Translations under genes and position numbers: made by a program
Notes under the pieces: generated by a model
What the model was told of the DNA's origin: nothing
Seen by the model: only the letters and a program-made list of their open reading frames with translations
Database searches by the model: none
Source: Octopus vulgaris
Taxonomy: Eukaryota
Direction of reading: 5' to 3'
Length of the DNA stretch: 64,000 nt
NCBI GenBank assembly: GCA_951406725.2
Contig: OX597817.1
Coordinates: forward strand, 109,926,001-109,990,000
In this document: positions 37,623 through 50,732 of the stretch, piece after piece
Layout: each line of letters begins with the position of its first letter
Numbering within the stretch: the first letter of the stretch is position 1

Positions 37623-37930
37623 ACCTTTGTGTGAAACAAGTAGTGTATGTGTGTGTATAACAGGGCATACATGAATGTGTGTATGTGTGCATAAGTCTAT
37701 GTGCATAACAGAGAGTGCATGTCTGTGTGTGTATGTATATGTCATATTGAGTGTTTGTGTCTGTGTGTATGCATGTTTGCATGTGTAACGGGACATGCAC
37801 AAGTGTGTGTATGTGTTGCTTTATATCTGATAGTGCATGAGTGTGTCTCTCTGCAAGTGATACATGTATATATGTATGTGTGTGTCATATGGTGTGCATG
37901 AATGTGTGTATGTAACAGTATATGTATACA
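37226..37930. repeat. Degenerate (TG)n low-complexity tract
   Basis: Direct reading. Confidence 0.9.
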
Positions 37931-37997
37931 TAATGAGAAAGGAAAATAAAAATCTAATAGCCTTGTTCTGTCCCAAATAGAAAACATTCTGATTCTA

Positions 37998-38390
37998 TGG
38001 TGGGAGGAGGGCGTGGTGGTGGTGGTGCCAGCTGTGGTTATAGTGGCAACAATGGTAGTGGTGGTGGTAGTGAGGGTGTGGGGATGCTGGTGCTGCTGCT
38101 GCTGCTGCTGCTGGTGCTGCTGGTGCTGGTGCTGCTGCTGCTGCTGGTGCTAGTGGTGGTGGTGCTGCTGCTCCTGCTGGTGGTGCTGGTGGTAGTGGTG
38201 GTAATGATGGAGATGGTGGAAGAGGTGAGATGATGACAACCATCATGAGCATCATCATCATCATCAACTTCAATATCATCATTGTCATCATCGTCATCAT
38301 TATCATCATCATCACCTTCTTCATCATCATCGTCATCATCTTCTTAATCATCATCGTCATCATCATCATCATCATTTTTGTTGTTGTTTC
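37998..38390. repeat. Compound trinucleotide repeat (GGT)n/(GCT)n/(CAT)n
   Basis: Direct reading. Confidence 0.9.
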
Positions 38391-38899
38391 TGTTGTTTAG
38401 CTTCATGTCTAGCCCAGTCAACCAGATCCATGATCAAAGGCATTCCATTTGTGATGATGCATCCTGTCCTACATTATCCAATATGTATTTCTTTTTTTCT
38501 TTTAAAACTGTAAGGTCTTGATCTGATGAGATTTATTCCGTTGCCATTTAAACCCTATTCTCGCTCTTACTGAGCAAATCTATGATCAAAAGCATTCCAG
38601 CCATGACCATTCTATTATCTTAGCAGTTAGTAGTACGACACTGTCCAATACAGCCTTCCTATAGCTTTCCTTTTTTCTTAAGATGGCAGGATGTGATTTG
38701 AAGGAATTTGGTTGCTTTTTCAAGCAAGGCAAACAACCACATTGATACTGTCTTGATAGATCTCAGATTTGTTCTATAGACAGAAATGGTTGAGCGCAGT
38801 TAAAATTACACAATCTAATCCTATCCCTCTCCACTAAAGTTGTATAACTTCCACTGACCTCCAGTGAAATATCAATTTGCCCCAATTCAAACGAGTGCC

Positions 38900-39210
38900 A
38901 GATTGGTGTAGTTGTGTAGGCCTGCACCTCTGGAAACGGCGATCCAGGTTCGAATCCCACTGGGACTGTGAGAAAAAAAGAACCCTCACACTTCAGTCGT
39001 CCAAGCACTCGCTAGTGTACTCAGCTGGAAATGGGTACTTAGCCCTTCTCGGGGCCGCAGCACACGTCACAGCAGTGCTAGAAACCAGAGAAACCAATCC
39101 CACCTAAGGCATACTAAAACGGACAGCAGGTGGATATCCAGGAGTCATGACTTGGATGTGGCCCAACCCCCTAGAGTGTCAGGAGTTAAGGGCTGAAACA
39201 CTTGTCTAAA
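38900..39210 (+). mobile_element. tRNA-derived SINE of a further family
   Basis: TGGTGTAGTTG A-box-like, GGTTCGAATCCC B-box, then ACTCAGCTGGAAATGGGTAC central domain; 3' limit uncertain. Confidence 0.6.
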
Positions 39211-39279
39211 GGGGGTTTCTCATCTGAGGACTACCTGCTGTTATGCTCTCCCAGAGTTCCTTTCCACTTAAAACTGGAA

Positions 39280-39680
39280 AGGGCAGCAGATTGGCAGAAT
39301 TGTTAGTAATCTGGACAAGATTTCCAGCTTTGCATTCTGAATCCAAATTTCGCAGAGCTCAACATTGCCTCTTATCTTTTCAAGGTTAATAAAATAAGTA
39401 CAAGTTAATTACATCAACCATACCCCTCCCCTGAAATTTCAGGCTTTGTATGTATAGTAGAAAGAATTATTCTAAGGCAGGAAGCTGGCAGATCTGTTAC
39501 AGTGCTGGGCAAAAATGTTTAGCAGCATTTCTTTTGATTCTTTATGTTCTGACTTCATATGCTGCTGCGATCAACTCAGCCTTTCATCCTTTTGAGGTCA
39601 ATAAAATAAGTTTCAGTTGAACAAACAATCAGCTTACTCATCCTCTAAAATTGCTAGACTTGTGCAGATATTTGAAAGAA
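39280..39680 (+). mobile_element. Two decayed head-to-tail family-A SINEs
   Basis: GGCAG..GCTGGCAGA heads and CCTTTCATCC cores, with CpGs mutated. Confidence 0.7.
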
Positions 39681-40010
39681 TATATTAAGTTTGATTCAGT
39701 AATGTACATCGTTTCACTACTGTTTCTGATAGGTTGAGCAAGCACACAAAAGTCCCCTCTCTGGCTAACAAAACTTTTATATTACAGGGAGACAGAAAAT
39801 GCAAAATTATGACATTCATACCTTTCCCATTAGAAAAGTTATGTGAAGCAATTTTCAAACTGGAATCATGCATGAATTAATAAATACAGATTTAACACAA
39901 AAAGTAATTGTTTCTAATTTAGGCACAAGGACAGCAGCTTTGAAAGAAGGAGTTAGTTAATACCATTAACACAATGCTGGATACCTTAACTTATGTAGTT
40001 TTAAGTTATA

Positions 40011-40422
40011 TCTTACTCTCTCTTTTACTCTTTTACTTGTTTCAGTCATTTGACTGAGGCCATGCTGGAGCACCGCCTTTAGTCGAGTAACTCGACCCCG
40101 GGACTTATTCTTTTTGTAAGCCCAGTACTTATTCTATCGGTCTCTTTTTTTTTGCCGAACCGCTAAGTGACGGAGACATAAACACACCAGCATCAGTTGT
40201 CAAGCAATGCTAGGGGAACAAACACAGACACACAAACACACACACATACATATATATATATATACATATATACGACAGGCTTCTTTCAGTTTCCGTCTAC
40301 CAAATCCACTCACAAGGCATTGGTTGGCCCGGGGCTATAGCAGAAGACACTTGCCCAAGATGCCACGCAGTGGGACTGAACCCGGAACCATCTGGTTGGT
40401 TAGCAAGCTACTTACCACACAG
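40011..40422 (-). mobile_element. Family-B SINE
   Basis: Near-identical reverse complement of 28657-29056. Confidence 0.92.
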
Positions 40423-40567
40423 CTACATCATTCTTTTTTAAGAAATTAATCAAGAAAATACATCTCAACTTCTATCAATTTATCCAACTTTATATAGGTT
40501 TCAGTCACCATGATAGATCATTAGCCACTACACACATTTTTTTTTCTCCTTGTTTTTTTCTGTGTCC

Positions 40568-40603
40568 CTTTTTGTAGAAGAGCATAGGCTCGAAACGTAA
40601 AAG
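40568..40603 (+). ncRNA. Degenerate minimal hammerhead-like motif in a Penelope-like end (~40505-40695)
   Basis: CTTT-TTGTAGAA-GAGC atag GCTC-GAAACGTA-AAAG. Stems pair, but the core deviates at positions 3 and 6. Confidence 0.45.
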
Positions 40604-41299
40604 ACTTTTTCTATTCCTGAGCGTTATACTAATGCATCTGTTTGTTTCGTACACCACCTGTCTTCATCTTTTATTTTTTTTTGTAAACTCTCCTTTTATA
40701 TTGGACATATGTAAAAACAAAAAACTTTTTTTTTTAAATGACCTAAAAAGCAATACTGGAATGAAAGAATCAAATGAAAAATGTGTGAAATTATGTGGAA
40801 ACCATTTATTAAAATAGATATGAGATACTAGATCTTTAAAAATGTTTTTCTGTGTTATATCATTTTGTGGGTTAAGGCATATATCTTGGAACCAATTAGC
40901 AACCTAAGCTGATGTATACCTGTGCTTGATTGCTTCTTTATTTTATGGCTCCCAGAGGAATAAAGGCAAAGTTGACTTTGGCAGGATTTAACCAAAATGT
41001 AGAGCTAGAACAAATACTGTAAGGTGAGCATGTAGTGCTTGTTGAAGAACTCACCAAAGTTGTCAGGGTGGGAATCATTCATTACCTGATGATAAAAGGA
41101 ATGAAGGGAAGATAGATACCTGTAAGATATGTATGATGAAGCAATGTATAGATAAATGTAAGTTGTCAAAATTCATAAACTTAAGTGAAAATGAAACTGA
41201 ATAAAAAAAAAGAAAGAAAGAAAAACTCTCTGAATTGTTACTCCTTTGATTAAAGGAGGAAAAAACATCTTTTAAGCTGTTGTTTCTTTTCATTTATCA

Positions 41300-43720
41300 G
41301 ATTCTGTTTTTTTTTTTGTTTTTTTGTAATCTATTCATTATTTCTATTGAGTTGTTAAAGAATATAACATGAAGATTGATTCCACTGTGTGTGCAAAAGA
41401 GGGCAGGGGCGATTTTAAGGCAGTTCTCAAGAAAATTGAAAACGGAATTCTGCGTGCGTGCGTGCGTGCGTGCGTGTGCGCGCGCGCGCTCGATCGTGTG
41501 TGTGTGTGTACGCGTGCGAGCGCGTGATTGTGTGGTTAATTCGAAGGCATCACTCATGCAAGAGACAAACATTTTAAGGCAGATTGTTTTTTCATTGAAA
41601 TGAGAGAAGCTGGGTAGGCGGTGTATGGAGGAAGAGAATTATGAGATGTAGTTCTCATGTAAGATTAAAAAAAAAAAAAAGAGAGATAACGGGGTGGGAT
41701 ATATAGCACAGAGTCATGCCTTTTCTTGCATTCCATTATTTAGACTTCATATTATTTATCCGATTGTCGTTTTTAATATGCTTCGATTCTGCAAGTATGA
41801 GATAGCCGTGTGTGCGTCTGCGACTGTGTGATTACGTATTTGTCTAGTCGTGTATATATATTTAATTATTAATACAAGATATACACAGGGTAATAAATAT
41901 GCAGAGCCTTTTTACACATTGATACTATCGATTTTACTTTAATTTGATATAGATTTTATTTTATGGTTCCTAATTTTGTAAGTGCGTGTGTACCGAGTTT
42001 TTAAGCGTGTTTACGTTTATACGTATTTATCCACCTCTGTGGGTGCGCTCGTTGGTGCGTGTGTTCGTGTGTTGGGTTCATTTGTCAAGTGACTTCAGAT
42101 CACTTGAGATGGTGTTGAAACTGAAACTTAACATAGTGGAAGAGACATGCAAATGCACGCATATTCCTTTTTGTTCGTGCCATTTATTTCGTGACTAATG
42201 AGTACCAAAAATATTCCGTCATACATCTACGATATGCTCACTGATACAGTGACGTTGTTAAACATATATATACGCACAAATATAAATGCGCATACATACA
42301 TATCCATCATATATACGTATACACACACACTCACGCACACACACGCACGCACACACATACACACATTCGCGGGAAATAAATTAACTCTTCTCTGTTATCT
42401 GAAAGGTAAAATCCAAATCTTTTAAGAAATTTACCTACTAAGACTGTTGGTGCTGCTATTACTCTGTTCTTGCCGCTACGAATGTCAGATTTTAATAGAA
42501 TCACTTACAGAAGTATATGCGCGAATTTGAGTTTCTTTAATAAAACATCACAATTTTATGTATGCAGAGGAAACGATTGATAGTAAATAATTTGTTGATG
42601 TAAAAGCACGCTCCGATTCATCACATACTTTTATGTTGACACACACACACCTCAACTTACGTCGGTAACAGTTTCCAAGACATGCGACTTAAATCGGAAA
42701 ACGATGTAACAGGAAGAAACATTTTAAAAATCTTAGCTTAAATCTATTGTAATAAATTGTTTGTACATGTTTTCACGTGTATTTTATTTGAATTTCCGCT
42801 TCAGTTCTGGTTTTTAAATGTTTTCTTTTCATAATTTTTATGCTCTTGACGTAAAGTCGAATAAATCGACTGAACTTGAAGCTTATTAACTTGAAGCTTA
42901 ATTCCTTCCTATTAATTTCTGTAAAATAAGCATATAAATTCGAAAAGATGTAAGTCGAAACGAGCAAGTTGAGGTTTACATATAATTATTTTAATATTGC
43001 ATACGGTCATGCTAGAGCACTGGCATCACCATCATATATATAAATAATAAGCTATAATTATTAAACCTCTGTTATTTATATAATTATTCTCGAATTGACA
43101 TTTTCAGTTACAAAACCGTATAAAAAGAATTGGTACAAAAATCATTCTTCGCACGAAGAACATTTTCCAAGAGCTAATTAATCGAAATATTAGAGGAGTT
43201 CGTTTAAACAACGGGCGCTATTTAAACGCAAACTGATGGTTTTTTCTTTTTTTTATTTAGTCATGTAAATCAGTCCAAAAACAAAGGCTGATGTTTTCGT
43301 GTTGCTTGTTACGAATTATTGTAAAAATTAGCATTGGTCACTGCCAAAGGGAGCGCTTGGGACCAACAGACAAGTGTAAGACTTTTATGCCTTTAAAAGC
43401 ATTCCAATGCATTGATGCAGCATCTATTGTCGAAAGAGAAAGAGTGGGGGTGAGATGAGAATGTTGATTTGTTGACAAAAGACAGAAGTAGAGGTTTACG
43501 TCATGCTTAAATTTTTATATGACGTTTATCATGTAAAATTTTACGTTTCGTTTGTGTGTCTTTTTTATGGCTTTAATATGAGATTTTCTTCTTTACTCGC
43601 AAAAATAAAATAATATAAAAGGATCGATAAGGGCTGGCTGTTTTTTTAAATTATTTCAAAGGGAGGAATATTTGCATCGTATAATTACATTTTATTTATA
43701 TCTTTTTTTTTACCTCTCGC
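41300..43720. promoter_or_regulatory. CpG-retaining, transposon-poor island; candidate promoter region
   Basis: Visibly more CpG than the flanks, (CGTG)n/(CG)n run at ~41452-41525, no SINE copies recognised, CCAAT/ATTGG near 43333-43408. Qualitative only. Confidence 0.35.
42661..42722 (-). CDS. Candidate first coding segment MFLPVTSFSDLSRMSWKLLP (within possible exon 42661-42918), unknown protein
   Basis: Acceptor TTATTTTACAG before 42918, AAAATG start, open frame to donor AC|GTAAGT at 42660. No homology recognised. Confidence 0.25.
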
Positions 43721-43741
43721 TCTAGCTCCCTCTCCCCGCTT

Positions 43742-43803
<62 letters not shown>

Positions 43804-43850
43804 TGCATATATGTGCTCACACTCTCTTTATTCATACACACACACACATT

Positions 43851-43852
<2 letters not shown>

Positions 43853-43882
<30 letters not shown>

Positions 43883-44532
43883 CATACATACATACATACA
43901 TACATACATACATACATACATACATACATACATACATACATACATACATACATACATACATACATACATACATACATACATACATACATACATACATACA
44001 TACATACATACATACATACATACATACATACATACATACATACATACATACATACATACATACATACATACATACATACATACATACATACATACATACA
44101 TACATACATACATACATACATACATACATACATACATACATACATACATACATACATACATACATACATACATACATACATACATACATACATACATACA
44201 TACATACATACATACATACATACATACATACATACATACATACATACATACATACATACATACATACATACATACATACATACATACATACATACATACA
44301 TACATACATACATACATACATACATACATACATACATACATACATACATACATACATACATACATACATACATACATACATACATACATACATACATACA
44401 TACATACATACATACATACATACATACATACATACATACATACATACATACATACATACATACATACATACATACATACATACATACATACATACATACA
44501 TACATACATACATACATACATACATACATACA
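43853..44532. repeat. Perfect (TACA)170 microsatellite
   Basis: 680 bp uninterrupted. Confidence 0.98.
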
Positions 44533-44849
44533 TTCATGCATGCATGGATACTGAATCTTCCTCAATAGATTTCTGCTGGCCCAAATCTACAGTTGAAGAC
44601 TTTTGTCAATTGAATACAAAACCACATGAATGTGAACTAAATTTCATAAACACACCCATGTTTGTACCAATATCATTAATAAAATATAAGTTTGTGACAA
44701 ACTCACTGGCATCAGTTCAGTTTCATCTATGGTTATAAATTTTGGGTAACAACAGAAAGAGTATGATTGCAAATACAAGTAACTAAAATGGGATTCCTCC
44801 AAAACAACTCTGGAGTAATGTTTCTCAACAGAGTATATAGCTTGGCGAT

Positions 44850-45165
44850 CAGGGAGTTTCACCAGGTCAAACCACTATTTCTTCATATTGAGAGGTCACA
44901 GTTCTGGGACTATAGACATGATTAGAATGTCATAGAAAAGAATCAAAGGATGGATTCTTCAAGCCAAGCCAACCAGCAGGAAACCTAGTGGTAGACCAAA
45001 AATGAGATGTTGGATAATATTCATAGTTTAAGTTGGTCATGCTTGAGAATTCAACTGGAAAGTCTAATGACAGATGCTTTTGATAGGACCTCATAGAGGT
45101 GGTACCTGAGGACTCTACCAACCCCACTACAACCCTCCCAGGAATAGTGGACAAAAAAGATGGAC
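44850..45165 (+). mobile_element. Old LINE (RTE-like) 3' remnant
   Basis: IERSQFWDYRH..IRMS*KRIKGWILQAKPTSRKPSGRPKMR resembles the RTE C-terminal WxGHVxRM...RPxGRPxxRW motif. Confidence 0.55.
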
Positions 45166-46089
45166 AAATGGGAGTGTGTGTCATGAGACCCCTTCTCATG
45201 TCATATGACTTTATTTTACCAACTTTATTGTTTTCTTTTTGTTTTTTGCCCTTTGCAAATCACCACTTATCTCCTCATATTTTTTCTTATTGTCATTATT
45301 GTATAAAATATGCGACAAGATCCAGATGAAGGCTTTCTATCCAGTTGCATTAGAAAAGAATAAAAAGTGAAAAAGTAATATCAACAGCAGGTTCTGGGAG
45401 CAACAGTTTCCAGAATATTTCTAGTTACAGGTCCAAGAACAGGCTCAAAGACGATGAAAGAAATTACTTCCTATTCAGTACCAGTAAATAGTAACCACAA
45501 ATACACTTCACAACTCACCCATCCACATCTCATAATACCACTCCATCATTCTTTAACAACAGGAAAGAGATGAGAAATAAACTATAGATGGTGACAAACT
45601 ATAGAAGGTAAAGAGAAAGTGATGGACAGGTGATTAGAACCAATTTAAGCATCTACTAACATTTATCCTTGTAGCTCCCAGGTGTTTTTATTACCCATTC
45701 TAATTCATGAGTTGCTTAGAAGTAGTTTCAGTACTATATATTTTGATTTTCTAAATATGTAATGGATGCAAATAAAAAGTTGCTGATGTTGTGGGGTGCT
45801 GTAGTCCAGCTCAGGAGACTGATGGACAAACAGCCAAGAAGTTAGGAGTACAGAGACAGGCTACAGCCAAGACACTTAATTCTCAAATGGAGAAGCTGAC
45901 TTAGCTGCAGAGATGGGTCACACTACTTTTAAAAGGAATATAACATTTTTGAAAAGTTGCAGTGCTGAATTCAACTTTTGTGACATAAATTTAGAGAGAG
46001 AAATGAACTCTGTCAAACAAACTTATTCTAAACATATGGATATAATGAGAATGCTTCTACTTGGCCACTAAATCTGCTACAAATAATGA

Positions 46090-46300
46090 TTTTCAATTTT
46101 GGCACAAAGCCAGCAATTTCAGAGGAGGGGATAAGTCAATTACATTGACCCCACCCCACTAGTGTTCAACTGGTTCTTATTTTGTCAACCCAGTAAGAAT
46201 GAAAGGCAAAGTCAACTTGCCAGATTTGAACTCAGAACTTAAAGATGAAATGTCTCTATGCATTTTGCCCAGCATGTTAATTCTGCCAGTTCACCACCTT
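46090..46300 (-). mobile_element. Decayed family-A SINE
   Basis: GAATGAAAGGCAAAGTCAAC, TTTGAACTCAGAAC. Confidence 0.8.
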
Positions 46301-47523
46301 AAACCTTCTACAAATAATAGCTATGTTGTTTTAAACATGAAAGGACATATTGGATAATGTAGTTCTAGATACACTTTGCCTGAAATAACGATAAGATGGT
46401 CATTGCTGGATTGTCTTTGATTGTAGATTTGCTCAATCAAGTCTGCTTCAGGGTAAATAAACAACAACCCTAAATGCACTACATGAATAAAAAGCTTTTA
46501 CTGACTCTCCCACGACCCTATAGTTTCTGGGACTCATAAATTGCATAGAAAGTTCACAATAGTGACTGAATTACAATGATTTCTAGGTGCACTGACTTAA
46601 CAAACTCTGTCTTATTGATAATCTATTTACTTTCATTTCTTTTCATTTTAAAGTTAGACCATGTGCTGTCATACATTTTAGCAAGGCATTTGTGCACCAC
46701 TTCATCAAATATTTCTTTCTAAAGAAATTATTGGTGGACATTTAAGAATTGTGAAGTCTAATGAATTATCATCTGAAATAAAATATAGATATTCTGCATG
46801 CTGTTATATACATACAATGATTGTTTGGATGGCAATTATTTATTTATGCTATGATATAGGTTGCAACAAAGACAAGAGCATGAACTAGAAGCAGTAATAT
46901 GTCTAGTGTAGTGTCTAACATATCAGCATTCAAATCCTAATGGAATTCACTTTATTTTCAATCCATTGGGGAGGTCAGTAACATAAGTGTATATAATAAA
47001 TATAGATAATTGTTATTGATAAAGTATGCATATGTATAATTGGTTGAACTGACTCCAGTCTGTAACTGGTATTTTTTTCTATTGACTATTCATTTCCCCA
47101 AGTCAACTTATGATAAAATTTTAATATTTTTAATTGAATAAGTTCCAACAGGCTGGTTATTATATCATGCACATGTTTTCATATGGGGCAGCAGTTCTCC
47201 TCCAGTATCCACAAGGAGTTGCATATTACATATTTCCTAGTTGCTCTTGACAGCCTTCAGAACATCCTTAAAGGTTCAATACCATCTGCACTTCATTCAC
47301 ATAGATGATTATAGCCTTAATAGTTAAAATGTTGCCTTCCTTTCATTAATGTCACAAATGTCCATGAGGCAAATGACTAACTCTTGTTTCATCCTTTAAA
47401 ACTGAATGGTTCTTCACTGGAAACTAGTGCTTCATTTAAATCACATTGGGCTCAGTTTCGTGATTCTAGTTCTTGTTCCACCAAAGATAAGAATCAGTTA
47501 TAAAAAGTAGAGTTAGTTCAATA

Positions 47524-47554
<31 letters not shown>

Positions 47555-48469
47555 TCACCATCACCGTGACCGACCAGGCTATCGGATGTTGCTACACATC
47601 GCTGGTCACAACGCGCTTTGCATTGTTTTAGCCTTCAAATGACGCCACCCTGCTGGCTAAGCGAGCAGGTCAACAGAAGAAAGAGTGAGAGAAAGTTGTG
47701 GCGAAAGAGTACAGCAGGCTTTAACCATTGGGCCATTGCGACACCACACACACACACATATATATATGCACACACGTGTGTGTGTGTGTAGGTATGTATG
47801 CATACATGCACACACATACACACACAAGCATATATGTATATGTCCACTCTGCTGGGTGGTGTTAGGAAGAGTACCCTGCCAAAACAGAAAGAGATTGGTG
47901 CAGGCTCCTGCCTGGACAGCTCCTGTCAAACTGTTTAACCCATGCCAACATGATGATGATGATGATGTATATTTATATATTTATGTCTGTCTTAAGCCTA
48001 TAGGCTCATTAGATCAGAGCTTATTCTGGTTTACACAGCATTTAAATGACTGAAAATTCTTGTATTTTCAGAATTCTCCTACTGAATAATTTGCTAATCC
48101 ATAACAGGTTTAATCCCTATGCACCATTTGTAACAATTTATACTGCTTCAATTAAGAATACCAGATTTTTATTTTGCCAGGTGGCTGCTTGCTGTACCTG
48201 TGAGTATTCTATTCAACTGTTTCCTATAGGACACTTGCTCATTTCTAAGGTTGACCTTCCAATTTGTGGCCAAAGTATAGTACTCTCAGTCTCCTTTCTT
48301 AGTTCCTTTCTTTAACTAGTCCCACCTATGTTCACCATCAACTTCAGTTGTGGTTACAAGGAATTGATTGTGTTGTCCCTTGTTGCATAGTTTAACACAT
48401 CATCATCTCTTCTGCTTCTTTACTCAGATTGTTTTTGTTGTTGGTGGTATTTTTCTTATCATCATTATT

Positions 48470-48835
48470 ATTACCTACACCTTAGCAAAGACGGAGGAAT
48501 TGTTTTCGGTTGTTTGTTTGTTTGTCTGTGGGCAAGATATCTCAAAAACTATTGGATGGATTCAAATAAAACTTTCAGGGATGTCTGGCCTTGTGACTGG
48601 CATGAACTGATTAGATTTGGGGATCAATCCAGTACCAGACAAGGATTCTGGATTATTTTTCCATTTTTTTTCACTTAAATTTTGAGAGTGGTCAGGTTCA
48701 TTTTTTGTTTTCTCATTTGTGTGAGCAGTCAAGTTTATTTCAGATATTCTCATTTTAATAATCATCTCTGTCTAATCGTTGTGAGGATGTTGGTGTTGCC
48801 TTGGCAGAGGTTTGCACTCTCTGAGTGCTCTTGTT
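48470..48835 (+). mobile_element. Helentron-associated non-autonomous element (HINE/DINE-1-like)
   Basis: 5' palindromic subTIR ACCTACACCTTAGCAAAGACGGAGG, (GTTT)n, 3' GGCAGAGGT followed by hairpin GCACTC tct GAGTGC; T-rich flanks. Confidence 0.75.
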
Positions 48836-48881
48836 GTTGTTATTATTATTATTATTATTGTTGTTATTATTAAGGTGATAA

Positions 48882-49630
48882 ATGGTGGTAACCTAGCAGA
48901 ATCTTTAGCACACCAGACAAAATGCTTGACAGTATTTCTTCTGGCTCTTTTGTTCTGTGTTCAAATGCCACCAAGGTTGACTTTGCCTTTCATCATTTCA
49001 GGGTCACTGAAATAAACACCTATTTCTTTACTACCCACAAGGGGCCAAACACAGAGAGGACAAACAAGGATAGACAAACGGATTAAGTCGATTATATCGA
49101 CCCCCAGTGCGTGGGTGGTACTTATTTAATCGACCCTGAAAGGATGAAAGACAAAGTCGACCTCAGCGGAATTTGAACTCAGAACGTAGTGGCAGACGAA
49201 ATACCGCTAAGCATTTGCCCGACCATGGGAGCTGATGTAATCAACTAACTCCCTCCCACAAAATTTCAGGCCTTCTGCCTATTCTAAAAAGAACTGATGA
49301 GGAGGAAGCTGACAGAAACCTTAGTACAAGAGATAAAATGTTCAGCAGCATTTCTTTTGGCTTTATATTCTGAGTTCAAATGCTGTTGAGGTCTATTTCA
49401 TCTTTCATTTTTCTAGAGCCAATAAAATAAGTACCAGTCTAGCACTGGGGTCAATGAACTTAGCGGTATTTCATCTGTCTTTATGTTCTGAGTTCAAATT
49501 CTGCCAAGGTCAACTTTACCTTTCATCCTTTCGGGATCACTAAATTAAGTACCAGTTGCATACTGAGGTCGATTTACTCAACTGGCCATCTCCCCAAAAA
49601 TTTCAGGCATTGTGTCTAGAGTAGAAAAGA
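48882..49630 (+). mobile_element. Nested family-A SINE cluster, including an opposite-strand younger copy at 49018-49222
   Basis: Three plus-strand cores and one minus-strand copy with the young tail. Confidence 0.8.
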
Positions 49631-49638
49631 TTATAATT

Positions 49639-49682
<44 letters not shown>

Positions 49683-49719
49683 TATTATTATTTTCATTAT
49701 TATTATTATTATTATCATT

Positions 49720-49758
<39 letters not shown>

Positions 49759-50159
49759 CAAATATCATGACTTTGATAAGTTCATAGGCTATACACAGAA
49801 AAGGAACTTGATGTTTCAAAGCTGTTGTTTTATCTGAGAGTTTGAGAGAGGAAAAATAGTTTACAACTAAGGGTGAGAGTATACAACACAGGATGGCGTG
49901 GGGAGAAAATGATAGTGAAAAAAGGGAGAAGAAAGTGGGGGGAGAGTGAGAATGAGTGGAAAACATGTGAGAAGTGCATTGATAGTATGTCTAGAATATA
50001 ACGAAATCAGTAGAAGTGGGCAGGGATATAATTGTAGTGACATATAGGTAGTAGGTCAATGGACACTGATAAAGTTCAGTTTATGTTGAGGAGCAGAAGA
50101 GATGATGATGAGTTGAACAAGGGCTGTTGGGAGTGTCAGGGGATTTTGAGGTTTCATCT

Positions 50160-50732
50160 TTTCTTTTATCTTTTATGTTTTGCTAGTTTCAGTCATTGGA
50201 CTGTGGCCATGCTGGGGCACCACCTTGAATGGTTTAGTCAGACAAACCAACCCCAGAAAATATTTTTTTTTGTTTGTTTTTGCTTTTAAACCTGGTACAT
50301 GTTCTATCAGTCTCTGTGGCTAAACTGCTAAGTTTCAGGGACAGAAACAAACCAGCAATGTTTGACATACACTCACATACATATACACACACGTGTGTGT
50401 GTGTGCATGTATATATATATATATATATATATAAGATTTCAAAGATTTAGTAAAAATATAACAAATGGAAAATTTAACAAAAACATAACAAATAGAAAAG
50501 CTGACAAAAGCATAACAAATTGAAAATTCGTACCTAATTCCTTATGAGTTGACATCAAAAAGATCATTACAATTTTTTGCTGGGCTTCTTTCAGTTTCCA
50601 TCTACCAGATCTACTCACAATACTTTGGTCAGCTCAGGATTATAATAAAAGGCACTTACCCAAGGTAATATTCAGTGGGACTGAACCCAAAACCATAAGG
50701 CTGAGAAGCAAGCTTCTTACCAAACAGCTATG
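50160..50732 (-). mobile_element. Decayed family-B SINE with an internal insertion
   Basis: GTTTCAGTCATTGGACTGTGGCCATGCTGG and GGGCTTCTTTCAGTTTCC...CAGTGGGACTGAACCC. Confidence 0.7.

Noticed and set aside
37995-38375. Gly-rich or Pro/Ala/His-rich ORFs
   Set aside because: Products of compound trinucleotide repeats, with no splice or domain support.
43791-44738. Long ORFs (233-311 aa) in all six frames, and similar YI/VC/HT-rich ORFs across the window
   Set aside because: Translations of stop-free microsatellites.
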